64,000 bases of DNA from an uncultured cyanobacterium (GCA_963744145.1 CAVUSO010000001.1:5920001-5984000), one strand, 5' to 3'; positions 1 to 11,429 are shown, counted from the stretch's first letter. A program made the numbers and translations. The notes: generated from the sequence alone by a model not told the origin.

Positions 1-2
1 AA

Positions 3-848
3 CAAGTAGGCGATCGCTCTCGTCAAGCTGAAGGAACCGGATTAGGATTAGCCATTAGTCAGCAAATTGTCCAGTTAATGGGAGGAGAGATTAAAGTTGA
101 GAGTACCTTGGGAGTAGGGAGTAAATTCTTTTTTGAAATCGAATTACCACTGAAGGTCGAATGGGTACAACAACAACAAAGTCAGGCTGGAAATATTGTA
201 GGGGCGTATGGCAATACGCCCGTACTTAATGGTGATCAAAAGCAAATATTAGTTATAGACGATCGCTGGGAAAACAGAGCGGTAATTACAAATCTGTTAG
301 AACCTATTGGTTTTGTAGTTAGGGTCGCGGAAAACGGAAAAGAAGGTTTAGAGAAAATGAGAGAAAATCATCCAGATTTAATAATCACAGATTTAGCAAT
401 GCCCGTCATGGATGGGTTTGAATTTCTTAAAGAATTACGGAATGATCCGAAATTAAAACATTTGAAAGTATTAGTTTCTTCAGCTTCAGTAGCGCAACTA
501 GATCAACAAATGAGTCTAGATGCAGGTGCGGATGATTTTCTCGCTAAACCAGTTAATGCCCCAGATTTATTTAATCTCTTAGCCCATCATTTACAACTGA
601 CTTGGAACTATGAAGAAGTAGAAGCGATCAACGAGCAAGAAATGATATTTCCCCCAGCAACGGAACTAGAGCAAATCTATCAAGGTACTAAACTTGGTGA
701 TATGGATATGGTTATAAATGAAGCTAATCGGTTAGAACAGTTGAACCCACAATATAAACCTTTTGTTACTCGCTTAATTGATTTGGCTGATGAATTTGAT
801 GATGCTGGTATTCTGAAATTTATTGAACCGATTCGGCGATCGCTATAA
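3..848 (+). CDS. Hybrid sensor histidine kinase/response regulator, C-terminal part (gene starts before the window)
   Basis: Open frame from base 3: QVGDRSRQAEGTGLGLAIS (HATPase G2 box), then a receiver domain (ILVIDD, DLAMP, KP). Confidence 0.9.
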   Translation, partial: QVGDRSRQAEGTGLGLAISQQIVQLMGGEIKVESTLGVGSKFFFEIELPLKVEWVQQQQSQAGNIVGAYGNTPVLNGDQKQILVIDDRWENRAVITNLLEPIGFVVRVAENGKEGLEKMRENHPDLIITDLAMPVMDGFEFLKELRNDPKLKHLKVLVSSASVAQLDQQMSLDAGADDFLAKPVNAPDLFNLLAHHLQLTWNYEEVEAINEQEMIFPPATELEQIYQGTKLGDMDMVINEANRLEQLNPQYKPFVTRLIDLADEFDDAGILKFIEPIRRSL

Positions 849-1034
849 ACTTATACCATAATTTAACCAATTTTTAACCTATCAAGTAATCTAATCAGGT
901 TAGGATAGAGCGAAAAAAATCAAAATCTAATTATTAAAATTAGCTGATTAAGCTAAAACTTATGTAAATCCGATCTGGATACAGTCATAATTGATCATTG
1001 TCAATTGTCAATTGTCAATTATTATACTTTGCTT

Positions 1035-4000
1035 ATGAATACTTCACATAACCAGACTGACCACCCCCAAAAAAAAGTCCGAAAAATTACTCTAAGTCTA
1101 ATTTTAGTCATTCCATTTCTCTTGGAAATATTTGCTGCTGTTGGATTGACTGGCTGGTTATCATTACTCAACGGTCAAAAAACCGTCAAAGATTTAGCCA
1201 GTCAACTACGAAGTGAAGTTAGCAATCGCATTGAACAGCATCTAGAAAGTTTCTTGGCTTTTCCTGAAATCGTCAATAAAACCTTTATTGATGCGATCGA
1301 ATTTGGTTGGTTAGATGTGGAAAATCCTCGGAGCATGGAACGCTATTTTTGGAAACAACTGCATCTATTTCCAACTGTTAGTGATATGGTGTTTGGTAAT
1401 GAAAAAAGGAAATCTTTTGGTTTTGAAAGATTAGAAGATGGAATATTTAATATTAATATTGATGATGAGGATACCGATTATAGTTTTAATACTTATGATA
1501 CAGATAAAGAAGGCCACTTAACTACAAAATTATTGAAAACAACTCCCAACTATGATCCTCGGATTCGTCCTTGGTATACTCCCGCAGTTCGTAATGGTCG
1601 CTCGACCTGGGGGAACATCTTTAATTATTTTGGATATAGTAATAAAATAGCAGTTACCTATTCAACTCCAGTTTACGATAAAAATCACAAGCTGATTGGA
1701 GTTATTGGTACAAATATTCTTTTGTCAGATATCAGTAAATTTCTCAGAAACTTAAAGATTGGCAAAAACGGACAGACTTTCATTATGGAGCGTTCTGGTC
1801 TATTGGTAGCTAGTTCAGTTGTAGAAAATTTATCCTATTCCACCTCTGAGAAACTAGCCAAAAATAATCTCAGACTTGCAGCAAGGAAGAGCAGCAACAT
1901 CTTAACTCGCAGCACAGCAGAATATCTGAGCGATCGCTTTGGAGACCTTCAAAATATTCGCCAGAAGCAACAACTAGATTTTAGTCTTGCTGGTCAGCAA
2001 GAGTTTTTGCAAGTAGTCCCCTATCAAAATCATCTCGGTCTTGACTGGTTAATTGTGGTGGTTGTCCCTGAAGCTGACTTTATGGCAGAAATTGATGCCA
2101 ATACTCATACGACTATTCTCCTATGTTTGTTAGCTCTCGCAGTAGCTGCACTTTTGGGAGTTTTTACTGCTCGTTTAATCACCAGATCGATTCTCGATTT
2201 AGGACGTGCTAGCATTGCCATTGCCAACGGTGATTTAGATCAACAAGTTGGTGTAAAAAGAATTCAAGAACTCGATCTGCTTGCCAATGCTTTTAACCGC
2301 ATGGCATCTCAACTGAAAACATCATTTAATGCTTTGCAAAATATTAACAACGAGCTTGAACAGCGAGTAGAAGAAAGGACTACTCAAATTCAACAACAAC
2401 AAACCTTTCTCCGGACAATTATTGATACCGATCCTAACATGATTTTTGTTAAAGATTGGAGCGGTAAATATATTCTTGCCAATCAAGCCCACGCTAAACT
2501 ATTAGGAACAACCGTTGAGGAATTAATCGGTAAAACTGATGCTGACTTCAATGCCAATTCCGCAGAAGTCGCCCAATACCTCGCCGCTGATCAACAAGTA
2601 ATGCAAACAGGAGTTCCCAAAATCTCAGAATACACATTTACCAGTAAAATTGGAGAAATATCTTATCTCCAATCCATTAAAATCTTGCTCCCATCGGAAA
2701 CTCCGCAAGTTTTAGGGGTATGTATAAATATTACCGAACGTAAACAATTTGAAGCCCAACTCCAACAAGCTAAGGTCGCAGCTGAAGTAGCTAACCAAGC
2801 CAAAAGTGAATTTCTTGCTAATATGAGTCATGAATTAAGAACACCCCTTAATGGCATTCTAGGTTATGCTCAAATCCTCCAAAGAGCAGATAATCTGAAC
2901 TCAAAACATCGCAAAGGTATCGATACTATTGAACAAGCAGGTTCTCATTTACTTAATTTAATTAATGACATCCTCGACCTGTCAAAAATCGAGGCTGGAA
3001 AAATGGAATTAATTTCCAAAGATTTCCATCTACCCTCCTTCCTAAATGGGATTGCAGAAATTAACCGTATTAGGGCTGAAACCAAAGAAATTAACTTTTA
3101 TTATCTTCCAGACCCAGCACTACCAATGGGAGTAATAGCAGATGAAAAAAGATTGCGTCAAGTGTTAATCAACTTAGTAGGAAATGCGGTAAAATTTACT
3201 GATCGCGGTCATGTAACTTTAGAAATAAAAGTATTAAATCAACAAGAAAAAACTGTGATAATTCGCTTCAGCATTAGTGACACAGGGATTGGAATGACAC
3301 CAGAACAAATGGAAAAAATATTTCTACCCTTTGAGCAAGTAGGATCAGCATCTAAGCGGGCTGAAGGGACAGGATTAGGGCTAACAATTTGTACCAAAAT
3401 TATCGAAATGATGGATAGCAAAATCCAAGTTAAGAGTAATTTAGGCCAGGGTAGCACTTTTTGGTTTGATATAAAAGTACCGATTTCTGACGAATGGATT
3501 AGCGCCGCTAGTTATAGCAGTAGAGGTAAAATCATCGGACATAGTGGACAGGAAAGAAAACTATTAATAGTAGATGATAAAGAAGTAAATAGAGAGGTTT
3601 TAGTGGAAATATTAACCCCATTAGGATTTGCGATCGCCGAAGCAGAAAACGGGGCAGAAGGGTTAGCAAAAGCTTCATCTTTTGAACCAGACTTAATTAT
3701 TACTGATATTGCTATGCCTGTGATGGATGGCTATGAATTTGCCAGACAAATTCGCCAATCATATTCAGAAAAAATCCCCATGATTGCTTGTTCGGCGAGT
3801 GTTTCTTCCAGTGATCAAAGTTTGGCAATAGCAGCAGGTTGTAATAATTTTTTACCCAAACCAGTGGATTTAGAACAATTATTCATTACTTTACAAAAAT
3901 ATCTGGAATTAGAGTGGGTGTATCAGGAATCTGAAAATTTAACAGATCCCCAAAAATCGAGTCAGCAAGAATTTATCTTTCCCCCAGCAGCAGAACTTGA

Positions 4001-4178
4001 GCAAATCTATGAAGCTAGTAGAATTGGCGATATAGATATAGTGATAAATGAAGCTACTCGGTTAGAACAGTTAAACCCTAAATATAAATCTTTTGTTGCT
4101 CATCTAATCCAACTTGCTGATGAATTCAATGATGCTGGTATTATCAAAGTCCTTGAACCACTTATGCGATCGCGATGA
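1035..4178 (+). CDS. Membrane hybrid histidine kinase (TM-dCache-TM-HAMP-PAS-HisKA-HATPase-REC)
   Basis: YDPRIRPWY Cache motif, FLANMSHELRTPLN H-box, GTGLGL, receiver; ATG 1035 preferred over TTG 1005; C-terminus paralogous to the upstream kinase. Confidence 0.92.
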   Translation: MNTSHNQTDHPQKKVRKITLSLILVIPFLLEIFAAVGLTGWLSLLNGQKTVKDLASQLRSEVSNRIEQHLESFLAFPEIVNKTFIDAIEFGWLDVENPRSMERYFWKQLHLFPTVSDMVFGNEKRKSFGFERLEDGIFNINIDDEDTDYSFNTYDTDKEGHLTTKLLKTTPNYDPRIRPWYTPAVRNGRSTWGNIFNYFGYSNKIAVTYSTPVYDKNHKLIGVIGTNILLSDISKFLRNLKIGKNGQTFIMERSGLLVASSVVENLSYSTSEKLAKNNLRLAARKSSNILTRSTAEYLSDRFGDLQNIRQKQQLDFSLAGQQEFLQVVPYQNHLGLDWLIVVVVPEADFMAEIDANTHTTILLCLLALAVAALLGVFTARLITRSILDLGRASIAIANGDLDQQVGVKRIQELDLLANAFNRMASQLKTSFNALQNINNELEQRVEERTTQIQQQQTFLRTIIDTDPNMIFVKDWSGKYILANQAHAKLLGTTVEELIGKTDADFNANSAEVAQYLAADQQVMQTGVPKISEYTFTSKIGEISYLQSIKILLPSETPQVLGVCINITERKQFEAQLQQAKVAAEVANQAKSEFLANMSHELRTPLNGILGYAQILQRADNLNSKHRKGIDTIEQAGSHLLNLINDILDLSKIEAGKMELISKDFHLPSFLNGIAEINRIRAETKEINFYYLPDPALPMGVIADEKRLRQVLINLVGNAVKFTDRGHVTLEIKVLNQQEKTVIIRFSISDTGIGMTPEQMEKIFLPFEQVGSASKRAEGTGLGLTICTKIIEMMDSKIQVKSNLGQGSTFWFDIKVPISDEWISAASYSSRGKIIGHSGQERKLLIVDDKEVNREVLVEILTPLGFAIAEAENGAEGLAKASSFEPDLIITDIAMPVMDGYEFARQIRQSYSEKIPMIACSASVSSSDQSLAIAAGCNNFLPKPVDLEQLFITLQKYLELEWVYQESENLTDPQKSSQQEFIFPPAAELEQIYEASRIGDIDIVINEATRLEQLNPKYKSFVAHLIQLADEFNDAGIIKVLEPLMRSR

Positions 4179-4454
4179 TTTAATCTGTAGAGAAAGTAAT
4201 TTTATCGGGAATCGGGGAAGCGATCGCTAGCGAGTATTGACAATAAAATTAATCTGACCAATAATAGAATTAAAACTAGCCTAAGTAGCAAGATTATGGG
4301 CGCATTCTACAGAAGCAGATAACTTGATTATATACTTGATATTACAATCCAGTTCAGTTACCCAAACCATTGCTAGTAAAACATCCTAGGACTTAGTGGG
4401 AAAAGTCAGCTCAACTGTATTGGCCCATAACCATCAAAATTTAATGAATCTGAT

Positions 4455-5630
4455 ATGATTGCAATTGGGTTAGCTCTGACAATTTTATCTTTAGTAATTT
4501 GGATCGTATTATTAGTTTTTTGGGGTCAATTTTGGCGCTCCGATCAATTTTTAGATGGAAAATTACCTCATCTAGAATTCTATCCTTCTGTTTGTGCTGT
4601 AGTTCCCGCTCGAAATGAAGCTGAATTATTACCAGTTACCTTGCGATCGCTTCTATTACAAAACTATCCTGGTGATTTTCATGTAATTTTAGTAGATGAT
4701 AATAGTACGGATGGGACAGCCGATTTTGCGCGAGGAGTTGCTTATGCTTTAGATAAATTTGACCAATTAGATATAATTTTTGGTGAGTCATTACCGACTG
4801 GATGGAGTGGTAAACTTTGGGCACTAGATCAGGGAATTAGTAAAGCTCAAACTCTCTCCCCACTACCAGATTATTTTCTCCTCACTGATGCAGATATTCA
4901 ACATGATCCCAGAAATTTACGTCAGTTAGTTACTAAAGCCGAGCAAGAAAGTTTAGATTTAGTTTCTTTAATGGTACTACTACGGTGTGAAAGTTTCTGG
5001 GAAAAACTCTTAATCCCAGCTTTTGTGTTTTTCTTTGCAAAACTTTATCCTTTTCGTTGGGTAAATGATCCGAAAAAATCCACTGCTGCGGCTGCGGGTG
5101 GTTGTATTTTAATTAAGAGAGAAGCTTTAAATCGTATTGGTGGAATTGAAGTAGTTAAAACTGCTTTAATTGATGATTGTGCTTTAGCTCAAGTAGTTAA
5201 GTCTCAAGGTAAAATTTGGCTAGGACTTAGTCAATTAACTCGGAGTTTACGTCCTTATCCATCCTTAACGACAATTTGGGATATGGTCGCAAGAACTGCT
5301 TTTACTCAATTAAATTATTCCCTTGGGCTTTTATTAGGTACTTTGGTGGGAATGAGTATTGTTTATTTAGCTAGTCCTGTCGGGTTAATAGTTGGTTTCA
5401 TCACTGGAAATTTGATCATGGCGATCGCGGGAATTATGGGATGGTTATTAATGTTTATTGCTTATTTACCAACCATCAGACTATATAAATGTTCTCCCTG
5501 GTTTGCGGTTTGTTTACCAGCGATCGCATTTCTCTATACCCTCATGACCATTGATTCAGCTTTACGTTATTGGCGCGGTCAAGGTGGAGCTTGGAAAGGC
5601 AGAGTTTATGCACCACCAAAAGCTAACTAA
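4455..5630 (+). CDS. GT2 glycosyltransferase, hopanoid-associated HpnB-like
   Basis: PARNE, VDDNSTDGT, GWSGKLWAL, TDAD, AAAGGCIL, C-terminal WKGR. Confidence 0.8.
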   Translation: MIAIGLALTILSLVIWIVLLVFWGQFWRSDQFLDGKLPHLEFYPSVCAVVPARNEAELLPVTLRSLLLQNYPGDFHVILVDDNSTDGTADFARGVAYALDKFDQLDIIFGESLPTGWSGKLWALDQGISKAQTLSPLPDYFLLTDADIQHDPRNLRQLVTKAEQESLDLVSLMVLLRCESFWEKLLIPAFVFFFAKLYPFRWVNDPKKSTAAAAGGCILIKREALNRIGGIEVVKTALIDDCALAQVVKSQGKIWLGLSQLTRSLRPYPSLTTIWDMVARTAFTQLNYSLGLLLGTLVGMSIVYLASPVGLIVGFITGNLIMAIAGIMGWLLMFIAYLPTIRLYKCSPWFAVCLPAIAFLYTLMTIDSALRYWRGQGGAWKGRVYAPPKAN

Positions 5631-8600
5631 TCTCTGACTACATTAGCATCGATCGGCTCAACCATATCAATCGTTTCAGGATGTATAATCTGTTCTTTTT
5701 TCTTTTTCTTTTGGGTTAATTTAGTCCGGAAAGCTTCCATATAAATATAAACCACGGGAGTAATATAAAGAGTCAGTAATTGGGAAAATAATAAACCTCC
5801 AACTACAGCTAAACCGAGAGGACGTCTTGCTTCTGCTCCAGCACCAAAACCTAAAGCGATCGGTAAAGCTCCCATCAGTGCAGCCATTGTGGTCATCATA
5901 ATCGGACGAAAACGTACTATGCAAGCTTCAAAAATTGCTGCTTGGGGATTCTTCCCTTCATTTTGTTGAGCATCTAGGGCAAAATCGATCATCATAATGC
6001 CGTTTTTCTTCACAATACCCACCAGCAAAATTAAACCGACAAAAGCATAAATATCTAATTCACAATGGAACATTAACAATGTTAATAAAGCACCACAACC
6101 AGCCGAAGGTAGACTAGAAAGAATCGTCAGAGGGTGAATAAAATCCTCATATAAAATTCCTAACACCAAATAAATGACTAAAATTGCCAATCCTAAGAGA
6201 AATCCTAAACCTTGTAAAGAAGCACCAAAAGCTTGAGCGCTACCTTGAAAATTGCTAGTAATAGTAGGTGGTAAGGTATTTCGAGCCAGGTCTTGAATCT
6301 TTTTCACCGCTTCACTTAAAGAAACTCCTGGTTTAAGGTTAAAGGAAATAGTGACAGCAGGTAATTGACCAGCATGAGTTACTGTTAAAGGTCCAACAGT
6401 TTGAGTTAATTTTGCTAAAGCTTCTAAAGGAATCTGTTGTCCACTACTCGATCGCACATAGAGCAATGATAAAGCTTCTGGATTTCCTTGATACTTAGGC
6501 TCTAATTCCATAATCACCTGATATTGGTTATTAGGTGTATAAATCGTGGAAATTTGCTCAGAAGCATAAGCACTGTTCAGAGCATTTTCAATTTGGCTAG
6601 CAGAAATTCCTAGAGCCGCAGCTTGATCGCGGTCAATATCAACTTTTACTTGCAGATTTTTAATTTGTAAATCACTGGTAACATCTTGCAATTCAGTTAA
6701 ACCTTTCATTTCACTTTCTAACTTTGTTGCTGCTGGATACAGATCGGCAGTATCTGGTCCTTGGAGAGTTAACTGATACAAACTTTTAGTTAGTTGTCCT
6801 CCTAAACGAATTGTTGGTGGATTTTGCAAGAAAATATTAATCCCTGGTACTTGAGCTAATTGAGGACGTAAATCTTGAATAATTTGATCTACATTTTGTT
6901 GACGTTCCGAACGGGGTTTTAATCTCATAAAGATCCGCCCCGCGTTAAAAGATGAGCTAGTTGCGCTTGCACCTACAGTTGAGGCATAAACTTCCACATT
7001 AGGATTCTTACTCACTATCTCTACTAATTTTTTCTGATGCACTACCATTTCATCAAACGAAATATCTTCAGGACCTTCGGTAGTACCAAATAATTGATTA
7101 GTATCTTCACTAGGAATAAATCCTTTGGGAGTAATACTAAATAGATATCCACTCAGGAAAATTAATAATATGGAAATAATTAAAGTAGTACGATGGAAAG
7201 ATAAAACATTTTTTAAGGTTGCTTGATAAGCATTTTGCATTCCATTAAAAAATGCTTCCGAAATCATATAAAGACGATTCTTTTGTTGTTCATGATGATC
7301 TGGAACCCGCAGAAAACGACTGCATAGCATTGGAGTTAAGGTTAAAGAAACAAATCCTGATACCAAAATCGAGGCGCTAATAGTGACAGCAAACTCATGG
7401 AATAATCTTCCTAAAATACCGCCTAAAAATAACATCGGGATAAATGCGGCAATCAAAGAAATCGTCATAGATAAAACAGTAAAGGCAATTTCCGCTGTAC
7501 CTTTAACTGCGGCAGAAAAAGATTTTTCTCCTGTTTCTATATAACGGACAATATTTTCTAAAACCACGATCGCGTCATCAACTACGAACCCCACGGAAAG
7601 AGTTAGTGCCATTAAAGACAGGTTATCTAAGGAATATCCCAATAGATACATTACTGAAAAAGTACCTAAGATGGAAATAGGCAGTGCTAGACTGGGAATA
7701 ATAGTAGCGGAAACATTACGCAGAAATAGAAAAATGACGAGAATAACTAATCCAATCGTTAATACCAGAGTAAATTGAACATCATTAACTGATTCCCGAA
7801 TTGTATCGGAGCGATCGAAGATCACTTCTAGATTTAGAGCTGGAGGTAATTGTTCACGAAAAGTTGGTAACAGTTTTTTAATTGCATCAGCTACTGCTAC
7901 TGTATTAGTGCCAGGTTGACGGAGAATCGCCAGAACAATTGATCTAGTTCCATTGAACCAACTAGCTAGTTTATTATTTTCAACATCATCGATCGCTTGA
8001 CCAATTTCTTCTAGTTTGACTGGCGCTCCATTGCGATAAGCAACTATACTTTGATTATAAGCAGCAGCATTAGTTAATTGACCGTTTGCTTGAATCGTAA
8101 AACTCCGTTTTTCTCCGGAAAGAGTACCTGTTGGTAAATTAACATTACTGTCACTAATGGCATTTTTAACTTCATCAATCCCAATTCCCTTAGTTGCCAT
8201 CGCTAAGGGATCTAGTTGAACTCGTACTGCATATTTTTGGGAACCATTAACCTGTACCTGAGCTACCCCATCAACCATTGAAAGTCTTTGAGCAACTAAA
8301 TTTTCCGCATATTCATCAACAACAGAAAGGGGTAAAGTCTCAGAAGTAAAAGCTAAATAAAGAATCGGCTGATCCGCAGGATTTACTTTTTGATAAGAAG
8401 GAGGACTAGGCAGATCAGGAGGTAACTGTTTTGCTGCTTTAGTAATAGCTGCTTGCACATCTTGAGCAGCGGCATCAAGTTCTCGACTTAGACTAAATTG
8501 TAATGTAATCGATGTATTTCCCAAAGAACTACTAGAGTTCATGGAATCTAAACCAGCAATAGTAGAAAATTGCTTTTCTAAAGGAGTTGCTACCGCAGAT

Positions 8601-8779
8601 GCCATGGTTTCTGGACTGGCTCCCGGTAGATTTGCTGAAACTTGAATAGTTGGAAAGTCTACATTAGGTAAATTACTGACAGGTAATAACCCATAAGTCA
8701 TTAAACCAAACAGCAAAATCCCCATCATAATCAAGGTAGTCATGACGGGACGGCGAATAAAAAGTTCCGATAACTTCAT
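5627..8779 (-). CDS. RND efflux permease (AcrB/MdtB-like)
   Basis: FIRRPV start, VVDDAIVVLEN, VKKNGIMMIDFA, RFRPIMMTT; 1050 aa. Confidence 0.95.
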   Translation of the reverse strand: MKLSELFIRRPVMTTLIMMGILLFGLMTYGLLPVSNLPNVDFPTIQVSANLPGASPETMASAVATPLEKQFSTIAGLDSMNSSSSLGNTSITLQFSLSRELDAAAQDVQAAITKAAKQLPPDLPSPPSYQKVNPADQPILYLAFTSETLPLSVVDEYAENLVAQRLSMVDGVAQVQVNGSQKYAVRVQLDPLAMATKGIGIDEVKNAISDSNVNLPTGTLSGEKRSFTIQANGQLTNAAAYNQSIVAYRNGAPVKLEEIGQAIDDVENNKLASWFNGTRSIVLAILRQPGTNTVAVADAIKKLLPTFREQLPPALNLEVIFDRSDTIRESVNDVQFTLVLTIGLVILVIFLFLRNVSATIIPSLALPISILGTFSVMYLLGYSLDNLSLMALTLSVGFVVDDAIVVLENIVRYIETGEKSFSAAVKGTAEIAFTVLSMTISLIAAFIPMLFLGGILGRLFHEFAVTISASILVSGFVSLTLTPMLCSRFLRVPDHHEQQKNRLYMISEAFFNGMQNAYQATLKNVLSFHRTTLIISILLIFLSGYLFSITPKGFIPSEDTNQLFGTTEGPEDISFDEMVVHQKKLVEIVSKNPNVEVYASTVGASATSSSFNAGRIFMRLKPRSERQQNVDQIIQDLRPQLAQVPGINIFLQNPPTIRLGGQLTKSLYQLTLQGPDTADLYPAATKLESEMKGLTELQDVTSDLQIKNLQVKVDIDRDQAAALGISASQIENALNSAYASEQISTIYTPNNQYQVIMELEPKYQGNPEALSLLYVRSSSGQQIPLEALAKLTQTVGPLTVTHAGQLPAVTISFNLKPGVSLSEAVKKIQDLARNTLPPTITSNFQGSAQAFGASLQGLGFLLGLAILVIYLVLGILYEDFIHPLTILSSLPSAGCGALLTLLMFHCELDIYAFVGLILLVGIVKKNGIMMIDFALDAQQNEGKNPQAAIFEACIVRFRPIMMTTMAALMGALPIALGFGAGAEARRPLGLAVVGGLLFSQLLTLYITPVVYIYMEAFRTKLTQKKKKKEQIIHPETIDMVEPIDANVVRD

Positions 8780-10296
8780 GATTGATCACCACCTGTTTGT
8801 TCTTTAATTTTTACCGTTGAACCTGGTTTCAGTCTCAGCTGTCCATCTATAACTATTTTCTCTCCTGGTTCAATTCCTTTTTCGATCACCGCTTCTCCGG
8901 CTACAGTTCTGCTAACAACTACAGAGCGATTTTCTACACTTAAATCTGGTTTAACTACAAAAACATACTGACCTTTTTGTCCAGTTTGAATTGCTTGACT
9001 TGGCACTACCAAAGTATTACGTTCTTGACTTAAATCAAGGATAACATTCACAAATAATCCCGGCCAAAGTTTAGAGTTTAAATTATCAAAAGTCGCTTTC
9101 AATTTGACTGTTCCGGTGGAACTATCTACGGCATTATCAATAAAAGTGAGAGTTCCTTCTAAGGGATTCTTTTCACTTTTAGGGATAATTGCTTTGACTT
9201 TTAAGTTGCCGCTATCCATATATTGTCTAATTAATGGCAACTGTTGTTGAGGCACAGGAAAAGTCACATAAATTGGATTAATTTGTTTGAGTTCGACCAG
9301 AGGTGTTTTATTAGCTTCAACCACATTACCTGAATTAGTTAAAATGCTACCAGCTCTGCCATCATCAGGAGCATAAATAGAAGTATAACTCAGGTTTACT
9401 TTCGCATTTTCTACTAACGCCAAATCTGCTTGAACTACTGCTTCGGCATTTTCCACCGCAGCCGCACTTGCTTCTACCGCAGCTTTAGCATTTTCCACTG
9501 CTGCTGAACTTTGTCCCACCACAGCTTTAGCATTTTCCACTGCTGCTGAACTTTGTCCTACTGTCGCTTTAGCATTTTCTAGACCAGCCTCTCCTGCTAA
9601 ACTAGAAGCATTTAAAGCTTCCGAATTCGATTGATATTGGTCATATTGATTTTTACTAATTACTCCCTGTGTAACGAGTTCTGCATAACGACGCGCTTCT
9701 GATTCTGCTTGAGCAGATTGGGCTTTATTCCTGATTAAATTAGCTTCTGATTGTTTAACCTGAGCCATATCTGCGGTTACTTTGGCTTGAGCCTGTTTAA
9801 TTTGGGCCATATCTGCGGTTACTTTGGCTTCAGCCTGATTTACTTGGGCTTTATCCGCAGCTAATTTAGCTTTTGCTTGATTGACTTGAGCCAAATCTTT
9901 AGCTAGAGTGGCTTGGGCTTGACTCAAAGCCGCTTCAAACGGTCGCGCATCCATCTTAAACAGCAAATCTCCTTTTTTGACATCATCCCCTTGGGTGAAA
10001 TAAATGCTTTTTATTTCCCCATCTACTCGAGATTTCACTGATACAGTAGAATAAGCTTCGACTGTGCCCATTCCCTGCACCTGCAATGGCACCGTTTTTT
10101 GACTAGCCGTGACCACAACTACAGGTACAGCCTCTTTTGGTGCTATGGGTTTGGTATTGGCGATCGATGTGCCACAAGCGGAGAGAAAGGTCAAACCAAT
10201 AATGGCTAAACTGCGAGGTTTCATGAAAAAAAATGGCTGATGGGAAATACCCCAGTTGATTTGCTTAAACATAAACAAGGTTTCCTTAAGATGCAA
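8776..10296 (-). CDS. RND periplasmic adaptor (membrane fusion lipoprotein); start codon uncertain
   Basis: LSAC lipobox, VKKGDLL lipoyl motif, long alpha-hairpin, VDSSTGT; 4-nt overlap with the permease. Confidence 0.92.
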   Translation of the reverse strand: MHLKETLFMFKQINWGISHQPFFFMKPRSLAIIGLTFLSACGTSIANTKPIAPKEAVPVVVVTASQKTVPLQVQGMGTVEAYSTVSVKSRVDGEIKSIYFTQGDDVKKGDLLFKMDARPFEAALSQAQATLAKDLAQVNQAKAKLAADKAQVNQAEAKVTADMAQIKQAQAKVTADMAQVKQSEANLIRNKAQSAQAESEARRYAELVTQGVISKNQYDQYQSNSEALNASSLAGEAGLENAKATVGQSSAAVENAKAVVGQSSAAVENAKAAVEASAAAVENAEAVVQADLALVENAKVNLSYTSIYAPDDGRAGSILTNSGNVVEANKTPLVELKQINPIYVTFPVPQQQLPLIRQYMDSGNLKVKAIIPKSEKNPLEGTLTFIDNAVDSSTGTVKLKATFDNLNSKLWPGLFVNVILDLSQERNTLVVPSQAIQTGQKGQYVFVVKPDLSVENRSVVVSRTVAGEAVIEKGIEPGEKIVIDGQLRLKPGSTVKIKEQTGGDQS

Positions 10297-10371
10297 AAGC
10301 TTGATCAGACAAGGTTTTGGCGATTAGTGAGCAGTGCTTACTGACGTTAAGGAAAGCATGAATCGAGATAT

Positions 10372-10386
10372 GTTAGATATACTAAC
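10372..10386. promoter_or_regulatory. Putative MarR operator palindrome GTTAG-N5-CTAAC
   Basis: Perfect inverted repeat between the divergent efflux operon and the MarR gene. Confidence 0.5.
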
Positions 10387-10423
10387 TATTAGCATACCAA
10401 ATTTTGACGAAGAGAGTGCACAA

Positions 10424-10876
10424 ATGCAAAGAATTGCTTCGGAAGTAACTCCCGAAGAATGTGCTGGAGAGATTTTAGAAGTGGTTCCCCTAATTATGCG
10501 TTTTATCCGCGCTGAGATGAGGAGTCAGGGACAATCAGTGCTATCAGTGCCCCAATTACGCGCCATGTTTTTTTTAAACAGGTTTCCTGGTTCTTGTTTA
10601 TCTAATGTTGCAGAGCATTTGGGTGTGACTAAAGCAACTGCTTCAACTTTAGTAGATAAGTTGGTGCATAAAGATTTGATTCATCGGATTGAAAATCCTC
10701 AAGAGCGTCGTCGTCATATTTTAACCTTGACTGATTCTGGTAATTTAATTGTTCAGCAAGCCCGACAAGCGACCCGATCGCGCATTGCTAGTGCTTTAAC
10801 TCATCTTTCAGAAAATCAACTGGCTCAAATTAAGAAAGGGCTAATTTTATTAGGAGACATATTTCAAGATAAATAA
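10424..10876 (+). CDS. MarR family transcriptional regulator
   Basis: Winged HTH (LSNVAEHLGVTKATASTLVDKL...ERRRHILTLT); ATG 10424 more likely than GTG 10334 because the palindrome lies between them. Confidence 0.9.
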   Translation: MQRIASEVTPEECAGEILEVVPLIMRFIRAEMRSQGQSVLSVPQLRAMFFLNRFPGSCLSNVAEHLGVTKATASTLVDKLVHKDLIHRIENPQERRRHILTLTDSGNLIVQQARQATRSRIASALTHLSENQLAQIKKGLILLGDIFQDK

Positions 10877-11000
10877 TATAACTTGTGACCTTTCAGCGTG
10901 CAGCATGTGGTTTGAAAAAATGGACTTTAACTTCCTGAGCAGCTAAGGATTTAGCAAAGAAATAGTTATAATAAAAACAATAGTTACCAGAACAAATTCT

Positions 11001-11429
11001 ATGAATATCCAGTCTTTACTTAATAAATCAGGTGATTTGGATCAGTTAAATTACTTAGTCCTGATTGAAGAAAAAGCCGGATTGTATAGTGCGACAGTGT
11101 GGGGCTTACCTGATTGTAAAGCTAGTGGTGTGACTCGTGAGGAAGCGTTGAAAAATATTCATCAGCTTTTAATAGTGCGTTTAGAAAAAACGGAAATAGT
11201 TTCTTTAGAAATCGAACTACCAAAACCTGAACATCCTTGGATGAAATTTGCTGGTAAATATAAAGACGATCCGTATTTCGATGAAATGCTAGAAGATATC
11301 AAAGTCCTTCGTCAAGAACGGGATGCAGAATTGGCAGCTTATTACCGTCAACTTGATACCCAGGCAGGGTTAGCGCATCTAATTTTGTCACCGAGGATAC
11401 AGAATATTTTCATCAAATATGAAATATAG
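11001..11429 (+). CDS. HicB-like antitoxin with its 3' end altered by the ISAs1 insertion
   Basis: GLPDCKASGVTREEAL and HPWMKFAG motifs; the original end DTQGM* is recovered at 12822-12839 when the IS is removed. Confidence 0.75.
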   Translation: MNIQSLLNKSGDLDQLNYLVLIEEKAGLYSATVWGLPDCKASGVTREEALKNIHQLLIVRLEKTEIVSLEIELPKPEHPWMKFAGKYKDDPYFDEMLEDIKVLRQERDAELAAYYRQLDTQAGLAHLILSPRIQNIFIKYEI

